A stretch of 64,000 nt of DNA. It comes from Macrostomum lignano (Eukaryota). The position numbers and the translations under genes were made by a program. Positions 1 to 12,514 of this stretch are shown one piece after another. How positions within the stretch are numbered: position 1 is the first letter of the stretch; each line of letters starts with the position of its first letter. The stretch is from contig NIVC01000055.1 of NCBI GenBank assembly GCA_002269645.1, positions 183,765-247,764 on the forward strand. The letters are read 5' to 3'. The notes below the pieces were generated by a model. That model did no database searches. It had not been told where the DNA came from and saw only the letters and a list, made by a program, of their open reading frames with translations.

Positions 1-631
1 CCAGGTCTAAGAACCAGCAGGATCTCACTCAGGTCTAAGGACAGGGGGATCTCACCCAGGTCTAAGAACCAGCAGTATCTCAGTCAGGTCTAAGGACAGG
101 GGGATCTCACCCAGGTCTAAGAACCAGCATGATCTCACTCAGGTCTAAGGACAGGGGGATCTCACCCAGGTCTAAGAACCAGCAGGATCTCACTCAGGTC
201 TAAGGACAGGGGGATCTCACCCAGGTCTAAGAACCAGCAGGATCTCACTCAGGTCTAAGGACAGCGGAATCTCACCCAGGTCTAAGAACCAGCATGATCT
301 CACTCAGGTCTAAGGACAGGGGGATCTCACCCAGGTCTAAGAACCAGCAGGATCTCACTCAGGTCTAAGGACAGCGGAATCTCACCCAGGTCTAAGAACC
401 AGCATGATCTCACTCAGGTCTAAGGACAGCGGGATCTCACCCAGGTCTAAGGACAGCGGGATCTCACTCAGGTCTAAGGACAGGGGCATCTCACCCAGGT
501 CTAAGAACCAGCAGGATCTCACTCAGGTCTAAGGACAGGGGGATCTCACCCAGGTCTAAGAACCAGCAGGATCTCACTCAGGTCTAAGGACAGCGGAATC
601 TCACCCAGGTCTAAGAACCAGTAGGATCTCA
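1..631. repeat. Minisatellite, 55-bp dimeric unit (28+27 bp)
   Basis: CAGGTCTAAG recurs at 2, 30, 57, 85, 112, alternating ...AACCAGCAGGATCTCACT and ...GACAGGGGGATCTCACC. The array runs off the window start and probably lies in an HGS intron. Confidence 0.95.
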
Positions 632-1344
632 CTGGAGGTTGCAGAAAATCATTGATCGAAGTTCATCAATCGCATCTATTTGCTACTCCAGGATAATTTC
701 GTAGTGCACAGAAGCAAGGTTGCCTGTGCAGATACTTGTACTGCTTCTGCGCAAGTGTCCCATTTTTGCGACAGCCGCTTCGCTTGGCCTCGTCTAAAGA
801 GATTTTCAACTGCAACTGTAATCCAAGAGCTTTTCCGCAGCAAAGTAGCAAATTGGGGGCTGAAATATTTCTATACGGCGCTGGGCGTTGACTTTCGTTC
901 AATACTCGTATAATAATAATAATAATAAAAGTAGGTCCCCAGAAAGGCCTCAGTAGAAATAGCTGGCACTTGTTTACCCTGCGTCCAATTCTGTGGATAC
1001 TGTGGGCAGGCAGGCAGGCAGCGAAAAGGACCAGGCTAAACGCGAAAGTTTTAGCTCGTATCGGGCAAGAGCCATCTCTCTTTCGGCTTTCCTTCTAGAT
1101 GCAAGGAGAGAGGGAGATAGAGACGGGTGCATGCGGGGTTATCCCCCGAATCTTTGCAACTTTCTGCAGCGTGCGCACTTTCATCGGCGTCTCTATTCTA
1201 TCCCATGTCTAAATCCCTAAACACTCTGCCGAGGTCCTGCGGCTCCTGCCCGGCTTTGGCCTTAATTTGCCAAGCATAAAGAATAGAAAAATTAATAATG
1301 GAATTTGTGTGTTTCCTATTATTATTGCATTCTAATGGCTCCAG

Positions 1345-1475
1345 ACCAGCTCAGTTCTGGAGTGTCTAGCCAGCCCAGATCTAAAGTGTCTATCCAGCCC
1401 AGATCTAGAGTGTCTAACCAGCCCAGATCTAAAGTGTCTATCCAGCCCAGATCTGGAGTGTCTAACCAGCCCAGT
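1345..1475. repeat. Short minisatellite, 24-bp unit (CCAGCCCAGATCTAAAGTGTCTAT), ~5 copies
   Basis: Read directly; it explains the QPRSKVSI repeats of ORF 1305..1775. Confidence 0.9.
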
Positions 1476-2307
1476 TCTCTCTTTCATCGGCCTGTTGATG
1501 AGTTAAAGAAATCTAGGCTGGGAAACTATAGTTGCACTTTTAAGTGCTCCCCCTTCCCACAGTTGAGCCTGCAGAACCGATCATTGCGGCTAATGCCCTC
1601 TGCGCATTTCTCGACTCCCAAACTGGTTTTGCCGGGACTTTCCGATCGAATTCGCTTCCTCTTGCTAATCTCGACTGCCTCCGTTCGGCTGCTGAGCAAT
1701 TATATCCCAGCTCCGATTGGTAGCTTCGATGCCGGCTGCCTCCGTTCCCTCACGCTGTGTCGCCATGGCTTTTAAAAATGCCAGAGTCCATCCTATCCGC
1801 AGGCATCCGAGCGATGGCCACTTGCACTTTAAACAAATGGGGTAGAATTTCAGATCCAACATACTGTACATTGCAAAACTGACAACATGATTAATGAGCA
1901 TATCGGCAATTGCTAGACAACTGTTTGTAGATGTCAGCATTTGCCTACAAACTGTGTCTAGCAAGTTTTCCTGTGGCTGAAAACATCTAACCAAAATGGG
2001 AACAACAGTTGAACCCCGCTCCGCCATCTATCCAAGTCTCAGCTTCCCAACCGTGCTTCCACTGTGTGTGTGTGTGGGGGGGGGCAAATTGACGCAGAAC
2101 AATTGATGAAGATCGCATTTATTAGTCCTAGTTATTTGCCAATTTTATAGGCTCTATATTTTTCGGAGTTCTTGTATCAACTGCATAAAATGCAGTTATT
2201 TTTTAAACAACGAATGAGACAAATATCAGGCTTAAAACGCGATGACACTACTGAATTGTAAGTAGCATAATTAGCGCCAATCTCGGTGAACACGCGCAAC
2301 AATTCAG

Positions 2308-3539
2308 GGCGAATCGGCCGGGCTTGGCAAAGACGAGGACGCCGGGCCTCGCGAGGAATTCCTCCGCGCTCTGGCCAGCAGCATCGAGATCTTCGTCAAC
2401 CGGATGAAGGCCGACAGCGTACGCGGCCGCAGCGTTGCAGCCGACGGCACCGTCCAGACGCTGTTTATGACCCTCAACCAGATGCACCCGCAGCTCATCG
2501 AGCACATGAACCGGGTCGAGGCCCGGCGCAACATTCTGGAGGAGCAGCAGGACAAACTGGCCAGACTGAGGGACGCTCGAGAGGCGTTGAACGCCCTGCG
2601 AGATGAGCACGAGCAGAGGCGCAAGGCTGAGCAGCAGGAGCGGGAGAAGCAGCGATTCGCTCAGATGATGATCAAACTGGAGGAGATGCGCCAGAAGAAG
2701 CATGTAAGGCCAGCCCATGTTTTTTGTGTGCAACTGACATTTGACTGCCAGTGACATTTGACTGCCAGTGACATTTGACTGCCAGTTACATTTGAATTGT
2801 CAGTGACATTTGACTGCCAGTGCCATCTGACTGTCAATGACAATTGTCACCGCCATTAATGGCAATCATACGTGCCGATATGTATCGAAAAAAACGTGTT
2901 TCTCGTTCCGCCTGACAGGAGTTCATGGAGTACCAGCGCCAGCTGCAAATCCAACAGATGGAAGCCCAGCGCCGGGAATTCGAAATGCGAATGGAGGCGC
3001 AGAAGCAGCGCCAGGCAATGGAGCAGTACAAGCAGCAGTTCCCCTATTCGAGCGGCGCCTACCAGCAGCAGTTCGTCCCCCAGCCTGGGCAGCCCGGGCC
3101 TCAGCCGCCAGCTTCAAGCGGTGGCTACGCCATCCAGTACCCGCCGGGCTATCCAGTCCAGCAGCAGCAGCAGCCGCCGCCGCAGTCAGTCGCTAGTAGC
3201 GCCGGTTATTCGCTGCCGCACTCTGCTGCTTCGACTGATCCGTCTGCCCAGTACATGTACCACATGCAGCAGCAGCCACCCAGCTCTGATGCGCAATATT
3301 CCACTGCTCCGATGTCGCTGCCGCCTCAGCATCATCCCCAGCAGCAGCAGCAATATTCTCAGCACCAGCCTCAGCAGCAGCAGCCTTCGTACACCTATGC
3401 TCAGCAGTATCAGCAGCCGCAGCAACAGCCGCAGCAGCAGCCGCAGCAATACCAGCAGCCTCAAGTGACATCGTCGGATCCTCAGCAGCAGCAGCAGCAG
3501 CAGCAACAATCTGACGAAGCTCAATTGATCCAGTTTTGA
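2308..3539 (+). CDS. HGS: Hrs/HGS (ESCRT-0 subunit), last two coding exons; VHS/FYVE/UIM exons lie upstream of the window
   Basis: Exons 2308-2703 and 2919-3539 (TTCAG|GGC; CAT|GTAAGG; GACAG|GAG; phase 0). EEFLRALASSIEIFVNRMKADSVRGRSV...MHPQL...QDKLARLRDAREALNALRDEH...KLEEMRQKKH/EFMEYQRQL matches the Hrs helical/coiled-coil region. A Pro/Gln-rich tail ends EAQLIQF*, like the EAQLISFD clathrin box. Confidence 0.95.
2736..2836. repeat. Intronic minisatellite, 17-bp unit (TGACATTTGACTGCCAG)
   Basis: About 6 copies filling much of the 215-bp HGS intron 2704-2918. Confidence 0.9.
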
Positions 3540-4329
3540 AGAACCGATTGCAAAGACAGAAACAATGATGCATAAACTTGTCTTATTATTTATTGTTATA
3601 CAGAATACCGAAAAAGTTTCGCAGTGTCATAACAGAATTTTTAACTCCAGATACCCCCCTGTTCCTCTCTTTAGCCACTCTCCTATAATCTTCAGAAGCA
3701 AAAATTTTGATTTTTTCAAGTCGATACTCAGTAATACATTTCACTTCACTGAGGAGAATTGTTCTGTAATTTAAATTCGCGCTCTTTAACCATAATACTA
3801 CTTCTATTAGTAGTTTAACCAGCTTTGCTTATCCAGTCTTACGCTTGCTACTCCTTTTTTAATAATCTCTTCATATAACCTTGTCTGATGTACAAGGAGA
3901 AGCTTAAAAAATGTTGTGAAAGGTTTTTAATGAAAATAGCATAACAAAATCTTTGTCTGTAGTAGGCCAGCTTTGCACAACAATATTAATATCTGGTCTT
4001 TTGATCCTAGGCAATCCTATGGAAAATAAGCAAATGCTTTTTGCTTTTCTTGCGTCATTTATATGCCATATGTAACCTAATTAATTATTATAGTAGCGTG
4101 ACTCAATTCAGATGGAGAGATGCATAATTAATTAACATTTATAATTAAGAAGACAAATATAATACAGCGGAATGCACTGCCCAGTAATATACTTTTTGCG
4201 TCGCTTTGATTCTGTTACAATCTAGATGTACCTATCGATCGTCATACATTTGTATTTGTGACTTCTGCTCTTCTGAAGATTTTTTACAGTTGTCCAGAAC
4301 ATCTGGCATAAAACAGAAGCCAATGTGGC

Positions 4330-4885
4330 GTCAACCAATCAGCATTTACTTAGATTTGGGGTCTGTTCCAATGTGCACTGAATTCAACCAATAAGCATCA
4401 ACTTAGATTTGGGGTCTTTTCCAATGTGCACTGAATTCAACCAATAAGCATCAACTTAGATTTGGGGTCTTTTCCAATGTGCACTGAATTTAACCAATAA
4501 GCATCAACTTAGATTTGGGGTCTTTTCCAATGTGCACTGAATTCAACCAATAAGCATCAACTTAGATTTGGGGTCTTTTCCAATGTGCACTGAATTCAAC
4601 CAATAAGCATCAACTTAGATTTGGGGTCTTTTCCAATGTGCACTGAATTCAACCAATAAGCATCAACTTAGATTTGGGGTCTTTTCCAATGTGCACTGAA
4701 TTCAACCAATAAGCATCAACTTAGATTTGGGGTCTGTTCCAATGTGCACTCTGGCGTCAACCAATGAGCATCGACTTTGATTTTGGGTCTGTTCCAATGT
4801 GCAATCTGGCGTCAACCAATCAGCATCGACTTTGATTTTGGGTCTGTTCCAATGTCCACTCTGGCGTCAACCAATCAGCATCAAC
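4330..4885. repeat. Minisatellite, 53-bp unit (CCAATAAGCATCAACTTAGATTTGGGGTCTTTTCCAATGTGCACTGAATTCAA)
   Basis: Unit starts at 4388 and 4441; about 10 copies, with diverged copies at both ends. Confidence 0.95.
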
Positions 4886-5371
4886 TTTTGTGGGGACGGA
4901 TAGTCGCACATCAGATACTATCTAAATGTACACTACAGCGGTAATATTATATTGCATAAGTGTAGTGGGGAAAGGTATATAGCACACTAAATTTCTTTTG
5001 GATTGTACATATTAATACTTTTCTCTTTTAAAAATTTTTTCTTTATCGAGCATCGAAAATAATCGAACGCACTTTTGTCAACACATCGTTATGCATGCTC
5101 GAGCAAATACATATCGATCTATATTTGGAACGCAGCTACTCGTATAGAGCGATACAACCTCTGGCTGCTTCTCCCCAGCCAAGCAGTTGTGTTTGTCTAT
5201 GGGCCGAACTATCGACTGTACCTGCGATTGGAGCCGCTTCGGCTCGGCTTATGCCAAGCTAAGTTAGACTGGACTTTCGTGCACTGGGAAGGTGAGTTTG
5301 TTGCAAAGCAGCGAGAATCACATAAAGCAGCGATCGATTGCAAACTGACTAACGAGCCGGCTGCCAAGACC

Positions 5372-6375
5372 ATGTCTGCCAAGGAGCGCGTGACCTTCTC
5401 TATTGACGTCAACCTCAGCAAGGAGCAGATCAAGTTTGTTGACATCAGCGCGGACACCTACCAGTTTTGTCTATCGCCGATTGAAAACGAGAACGAGGCC
5501 ACATGGCAGGGAAACCCGGCGGAGGCTGACTGGATCTCGGTGAAGAAGGACCAGTACTACCTCATTAAGGCTCGGCCAGGCGAGGCCTACCAATATCAGA
5601 AGATAGCTCAGATTGTACTCACGGAGAAGACCTTCCGGTAAGCGGTACTTTATGCTTGCTTTTTGCAACGTTTCCTGCATTGAGTTTTGGTAATGTCCTG
5701 AGGGTGTCCTATTAAACCGTCCCTTATGTGCCCCGCAGTGTCAAAGAGGTGGACACTCCGCCCAATACTCTGTTCATGACGGTCGAGCAGAACGAGAAGG
5801 CGATGCACTCTATCGTGAACAAGATCGACCAGATCGCGCAGCGCTCGACCCACTCCGACAACAAGCAGGTGCTGGTGTTTGCCGAGGATCCGTTTTACAC
5901 CAACCTGCCAGAGGTAAGCTTGGCATTGGCTGTGATTGTTCTCTCTGATTCTGCTCCAGTTCGGAGATTTCTCGCTTGAATCAGTTCACTCGCTCCTTAT
6001 CCGCTTCCGCACCAGACGGAGAAGGAGAAGTGCATCTGGAAGGACTACACATTCGAGATGGACGTCAAGAACTGCTCGATCCGATTCGTGAAGGAAGAGG
6101 AGAGCAAGGCCATCCTCATGGTGTACAAGGGCGAGAACCAGACCAACGAGGCTCCAATAGTGCACATCGACCTCGGCTCCAACAACATCCCTCTTAGCGA
6201 CCTGAAGCTGGAGCGGCACGCCTTCTACACCTTGTTCGTGAAGCGGGACGCCAGCTCGCCTGACACGCCGGTCATCCTGTTTAAGATCACTGACAAGACC
6301 GCCATCATCCGGGAGCTGCCGGGCACCAAGCCGCCGGTGTTCCTCAGCTACCAGAAGGGCCACGAGCCTCACTAA
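5372..6375 (+). CDS. Uncharacterised 266-aa protein with an internal domain duplication (3 exons)
   Basis: Exons 5372-5637, 5739-5913, 6016-6375 (CG|GTAAGC..CGCAG|T, phase 2; GAG|GTAAGC..ACCAG|ACG, phase 0) join into one 801-nt frame with strong GC3 bias. No family recognised. Confidence 0.85.
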
Positions 6376-7541
6376 GCGGCCGCACTGATGCTTTGGCCCG
6401 GCAGTAGAAAGTCCGGTCAGAGAATAGAGTGATTGAGAGAACAGCTGAACAAACACATTTTGATTCTTTACCGGGAGCGGAGCGGCTGCAGTCGCTTCCA
6501 CTGGCCCTCCCTGCCGCAGAAAAAGCGATAGTTTGACTCTCTGTTTACGCGTAAAGTTAATTTGCTCGAATGTATCTTGCGAATACTTTTTGCTTTTTAG
6601 AAATACTAAAATCAATCATCATCACAATGCTGGACATTCACTTGCAGAACAAAAATCGGCGCTGATTGAGTCTTTGCACTGGTTTCTTCAATGCCGTTCT
6701 CGAGTTTATGATTATTAAAAGTGCTCAAAATGCTCCTATTTGGTTTAGCATTGAGGTGCTATTCCTCGGTACCTGAATAAGGGAACAAAACGGAACTGTT
6801 TAGATCCAAGAGAAGTGAGCAATTGCAAAACTTGCCCGACACTGCACCGGAGTGTGTATTGTATTGAGTTTGAGGATATTTCGGGCCAAGCATTAAACGA
6901 TTGATCATTTTTTGTCAAAAGAATTAAAAACTAAAAGCTGGTGCAAAGTAAAAAATCATATTCAGCGGTGCGGGTCGAAGCAAGAAAATTAATTAATATA
7001 AAAACTGCAACGTCAGTTGTTTGAAGCCACATTCAAATTTCTACATGTTTTTTGCCTGCCTTGTATACCGCTCAGAGTTAACTCCATTGACAACTGAAGT
7101 TGGCGAGACAAAACGTCTTCCGTTTTTTAGCACTGAATTCCAGAATGTGGGATATTGGGAAGTCGCTGCTAAAAAAATGAAAGCTTCCCATCTCGCCAGT
7201 GAATTTTACAGCGAAATCCAGCCGGCACATTGAAGATCGGCACGACTTGCCGATGCAGCGGTTGGCTCAAGCAAGGCTTCTATCTTCTAGTTAGCTTCTA
7301 GTCCCTATATTTAGCCCCTACAACCAAGGACATCTAGGACTTTTACAATGATAACGGTCCTTGGCATTAAAGTTAACTATAAAAGTCTCTACAAAGTCAA
7401 AGGGGTGGCAGTTGGCCAGACTAAAACATTTGAGAAAAGTCTCAAATTCGTACTGATTCAGAAAAGCCCTGCTTGAAATCCCCCCGAGTCTATGAATGCA
7501 TGCAAGGTATGCAGAATCGATGCAGAGGCAGAGACTTGCCC

Positions 7542-8922
7542 CTACGTCGTGGTGCTGTAAGGAGGAGTCGTGGTCACGGTTTCGCTTTCCGACGTCACGG
7601 ACCGGCTCTTCTGAGCGGCGATCACGCAGAGAACAACAAGGGCGATCACGATGGCCAAGAAAATAACCACCGCGGCCGCTGTCACGAATCGAGTTGCCGT
7701 GTGATTCTCCAGCAGCATGGACCGTTCGTGGTCCTCCCTGGTCCTGTAGCAGCCCAACACGGCCAACTGCCGTCTTGCCCAGCCCATCTCGCTCAGGCTG
7801 CCGTGCAGCTCGCAGTTCGCCTCGCCGCAAAGCCTGCAGTACCGCGTGGCCTCGTCAGACACCGTCCCCCCTGCCGCTTCAGCGTCTGAGGCGTCGACAT
7901 CGTCGCGTCGACCGAAGGGCAGCCGGCTGAACAGACGGGCGGCCAGACTGGTTCTCCGAGATCGCGACTGCGACGACCGTTGCAGGTCGGACGAGCTGAA
8001 CTCGACCTGACCGCTGCCGCCGCTTCCGCCGCTGGGGCCGCCGGGGCCGCCGCTGCCGCCACCGCTGCTTCCTGCCACGGCAGCGCCGCTGGTGCCGCCA
8101 ACGCCACCGGCGCCGCCGCCGATGGAGGGCCGGGCGCCGAACAATCGCTTCAGGCGCTCTTTGAAGTCGTCGCCGCTCTGGTCGAGGCCGGCGGTGGCCA
8201 GCGTCACCTCCTGCAGCATCGGGCCGCCGGAGACGCTGTAGCGGCGCGACTGGCGCCGAGAGCCGGTTGCACCATCCGCGCCTGTGCTGGAGGAGGCGCC
8301 ATCGCCGCCGACGCGGCCGAGGAGGTCCAAGCTGCTGCCTTTGCGGCTCAGCCCGACTGAGCCGACTTCGAATCGGCGCGGGTTGGCAACCGGCGGCTTT
8401 TGAGACGTTAAAGATCGCTTTTGCGGCTGCTGCTGGGCATCCGCACTGGGGGTCGCTGCTGATGCGACCTGCGGAAAATTTAGTTTGATTCAGAGAAATT
8501 TGAAACCAAAACGGACTAACAGTTATCACTTTCACAAGCATTTCGCGCAGAAACTTACTGCAGAGGAATCCCGCTTCTGTTGACTCGAATCCATCGCAGG
8601 TGCTCGTGCAGCCGCAGTCGCGCCGCCACCGTCCAGATCGACGGTGCTGCCACCGCGAGTTGCAGCCGCTTCCGCGGCTGTCGCCTCACAAGCTGGACTG
8701 CTGCCGCCGCTCTGGTAAGCGCTCTCCTCCGACTCGAAGCTACCGTGCAGCAGCCGGCTCTGTTGGGGCGTCGGGCCCAACTTTGGCGGCGCGGGAGTCG
8801 CCGAGACAGTGGTGGTGCCGATATTGTCATCTGGATAGACCCGGTTAACCTTATTGGGCCGGCTGAACAGGTGGCGCTGCGGTCCGGATATTGTTTGGGG
8901 GTTAGATTGGTTGAGGAACTGT
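7542..8922 (-). CDS. Ser/Gly/Ala-rich protein with a Cys/His cluster and one C-terminal TM helix (last two exons; 5' end unresolved)
   Basis: Exons 8922-8559 (CTAACAG| acceptor, GCA|GTAAGT donor) and 8468-7542 (TTTTCCGCAG|GTC) are in frame. Contains YCRLCGEANCELH, the hydrophobic FVTAAAVVIFLAIVIALVVLCVIAA, and a short Thr-rich tail before TAG. Confidence 0.7.
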
Positions 8923-8975
8923 CTGTTAGAAGCAAAACATCACAGATGATGAACGGAGAATTGGCTACGTAGTTA

Positions 8976-9260
8976 CGGATGTAAACAGTCGATGAGTCAA
9001 TGATCACGGATGTAAACAGTCGATGAGTCAAAGATCACGGATGTAAACAGTCGATGAGTCAAAGATCACGGATGTAAACAGTCGATGAGTCAATGATCCC
9101 GGATGTAAACAGTCGATGAGTCAATGATCCTGGATGTAAACAGTCGATGAGTCAAAGATCACCGATGTAAACAGCCGATGAGTCAAAGATCACGGATGTA
9201 AACAGTCGATGAGCTAAAGATCACGGATGTGAAAAGTCGATGAGCTGCAGATCATGGATG
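8976..9260. repeat. Minisatellite, 31-bp unit (GGATGTAAACAGTCGATGAGTCAAAGATCAC)
   Basis: Unit starts at 8977 and 9008; about 9 copies. Confidence 0.95.
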
Positions 9261-9834
9261 AGATAAGGTGTTAGTCAGCTAGGACACAGATCATGGTTGA
9301 TGAACCGTCATCCACGATGTGCTAGTTTACTATCTCTTCTAATCAGTAGCACCGAAGATACAATTCGTTACTTTTTGTCATGTCCTGCTGCCTGCAGCCT
9401 GGAAGCAAACACCTCTCTATCCCTCTCACCAAATCAAGTCGACAGTTTAAAGCTTGCTTTTGGAGGGGAAGTCCAGCTGACAAATCAGCTCATTGTTGAG
9501 TGCCCTCTCTCTCTCTATTCAAATAGGTATATTTCTGGCTAATTAATGCAATTGTCTGCTTTAGTGGTTAAAAATAGCTTTGCTCGGTTTTCTCGAGCGT
9601 GGGTGGAGGATACAGTAATATTGCAATGGTTTTCGCTTCAGCCAAGCAGAAGTGCTGGGGCTGCAATATTCAATTTGATTGATTAAACCTCCGCAAGCTC
9701 TGCGCAGAGATTTCTTCATGGATGTCGGCAGCTGTTTGGCGGGCCAAATTTTTCATTGTATTAATTGGAGAGTTCTTTTTTGTAGAAGCAATGATGTATA
9801 GTAATATATTGTCTTACTTATTATATGGTTAGAC

Positions 9835-11190
9835 TGTCAGTGAGCTACAGATCACGGATTTTGAACTGTCAGTGAGCTACATATACTGGATGCTGAACTG
9901 TCAGTGAGCTAGTTAGCTACAGATCACGGATGTTGAACTGTCAGTGAGCTAGTGAGCTACAGATCACGGATGTTGAACTGTCAGTGAGCTAGTGAGCTAC
10001 AGATCACGGATGCTGAACTGTCAGTGAGCTAGTGAACTACAGATCACGGATGTTGAGCTGTCAGTGAGCTAGTGAGCTACAGATCACTGATGTTACACTG
10101 TCAGTGAGCTAGTGAGCTACAGATCACGGATGTTGAGCTGTCGGTGAGCTAGTGAGCTACAGATCACTGATGTTACACTGTCAGTGAGCTAGTGAGCTAC
10201 AGATCACGGATGTTGAGCTGTCAGTGAGCTAGTGAGCTACAGATCACGGATGTTGAACTGTCAGTGAGCTACATATACTGGATGCTGAACTGTCAGTGAG
10301 CTAGTTAGCTACAGATCACTGATGTTACACTGTCAGTGAGCTAGTGAGCTACAGATCACGGATGTTGAGCTGTCGGTGAGCTAGTGAGCTACAGATCACT
10401 GATGTTACACTGTCAGTGAGCTAGTGAGCTACAGATCACGGATGTTGAGCTGTCAGTGAGCTAGTGAGCTACAGATCACGGATGTTGAACTGTCAGTGAG
10501 CTACATATACTGGATGCTGAACTGTCAGTGAGCTAGTTAGCTACAGATCACGGATATCGAACTGTCAGTGAGCTAGTGAGCTACAGATCACGGATGTTGA
10601 ACTGTCAGTGAGCTAGTGAGCTACAGATCACGGATGCTGAACTGTCAGTGAGCTAGTGAGCTACAGATCACGGATGTTGAACTGTCAGTGAGCTAGTGAA
10701 TTACAGATCACGTATGCTGAACTGTCAGTGAGCTAGTGAACTACAGCTCACGGATGTTGAGCTGTCGGTGAGCTAGTGAGCTACAGATCACTGATGTTAC
10801 ACTGTCAGTGAGCTAGTGAGCTACAGATCACGGATGTTGAGCTGTCAGTGAGCTAGTGAGCTACAGATCACGGATGTTGAACTGTCAGTGAGCTACATAT
10901 ACTGGATGCTGAACTGTCAGTGAGCTAGTTAGCTACAGATCACGGATATCGAACTGTCAGTGAGCTAGTGAACTACAGCTCACGGATGTTGAGCTGTCAG
11001 TGAGCTAGTGAGCTACAGATCACTGATGTTACACTGTCAGTGAGCTAGTGAGCTACAGATCACTGATGTTACACTGTCAGTGAGCTAGTGAGCTACAGAT
11101 CATGGATGTTGAACTGTCAGTGAGCTACATATAATGGACGTTGAACTGTCAGTGAGCTAGTTAGCTACAAATCACGGATTTAGGACTGCC
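9835..11190. repeat. Minisatellite, 40-bp unit with a 32-bp variant and a 624-bp higher-order repeat
   Basis: Unit TCAGTGAGCTAGTGAGCTACAGATCACGGATGTTGAACTG. The variant marked by ATATA(C/A)TGGA occurs at 9881, 10273, 10505, 10897 and 11129 (spacing 392/232/392/232). Confidence 0.95.
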
Positions 11191-12514
11191 AGCGAGTCAG
11201 CGAGCTAGAGATAGAGTTACGGGCTAGATGTTGAACAGTCAAATGTTGAGCTAAGTGTCAAGTGTCAAATAGGTCAGAGAAATATAGATCGCTATTTTTG
11301 AACAGAAATGAAATGAACTACAGAAATGATCACGGCTGCAGCGCAGTCTGGTATAGTGCTGCAAATATGTATAAATATCCGTAGAATTCCTAATGATTAC
11401 TGTTGACAAAATCGTTTGAAAAAGTCTAGAAGCAGTGAGGTAGTGCTTACCTTGGCCACCGCAGACGGGGACCGAGAGTCAATCATCGTACTTTTGCAGT
11501 TTCGGTGAATAGCGGAGGTCTGGTCTCACTTGCCATCACCCGGGCCGCGAAGATGGACAGCAGTTTCGGTCTGTTGACTTTTCAATCAATTCCGGTATGG
11601 GTTTGAGCGCTTTTAAGCAAATTGATTGAAGCTCTCGTTGGCTGAAGCAGCGTAGGTTAGCGAGATGAACTGCCGACAATATGCACTGCATGTCGGTTTT
11701 GTGTGTCTCAGAAAGCGGCCGCGTCCCTTTTTTGGAGGCTTTTTTCTGCCCGGCCATGATAATCTGTCGCGTTGGCAACAATACGAGCTCAATGCTTCCC
11801 GCCCGCAGGTAACACATGCGCGCCAATGGATAAGCGCAGAGAAGCGGGTGATGCGTCTTCGTTTACTTAATTCCCCCCCCCATAGCCAAGTGGAGGCTCA
11901 GCGTCATAGGAGGAGCTGCTCAATGCCCACCCGACCGCCCTGCAGTGCGCATTTGGCTGGCATATCCTACTGCTCCGCACCTGCACCTGCGTTTCCTTTT
12001 TAGCGTCTTTCTCTCTCTCCTTATTTTCCAGGAATTAATAGAAGAAGGAAGTTGCCGGAGGTCTCCACGCCATTGTTGTCCAAGGATGCCGGGGCTTGCT
12101 GTGGCAATTGATGAAGAACCGATGCTGGGCTGCTAGCTGGCTCATTCAGACGCTGCGAGGTGATGCCGACTTAAAAGAGCATCGACTGGTTGGATGAAGT
12201 GTGCATCGTAAACTCGCTGGGAAGAGGCTGCAGCCAGCTGCCTTGGTGTTGTTTTGCCTTGTCGAGTGCAGCGTTGACAACGAATGTAGAAGCCGCTGCC
12301 CTTGTAGACCGGTTTTAGCCCGCAAAAGGCATTAGCTAGAGATGGGAGCATTTTTATTTGTTTAGCTCTGAATTCACAATATCTCACCTGGACTTCAGAG
12401 CTCCAAATGAAGCAGGTGTGTGTGCGTTTTTCCCCAGATTAGACTCACAAGTTTATCAAGCTATTGTTTCCTAAAATCCCACAGGAGACCGGCAAGTAAG
12501 AGCCAACCAATTTT

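Noticed and set aside
631-2300. Upstream HGS exons (FYVE/UIM) and ORFs 666..902 and 1665..2027
   Set aside because: No FYVE, UIM or DPELARYL-like motifs were found, and the ORFs lack coding signal.
2248-3573. Alternative-frame and antisense ORFs over HGS (similarly over TENT5, the zinc-finger gene and 7.3-8.9 kb)
   Set aside because: Shadows of GC-rich coding exons.
12142-12387. 81-aa ORF with FCG...RCQRC resembling a zinc ribbon
   Set aside because: No splice context or codon bias, and the motif is too short to distinguish from chance.
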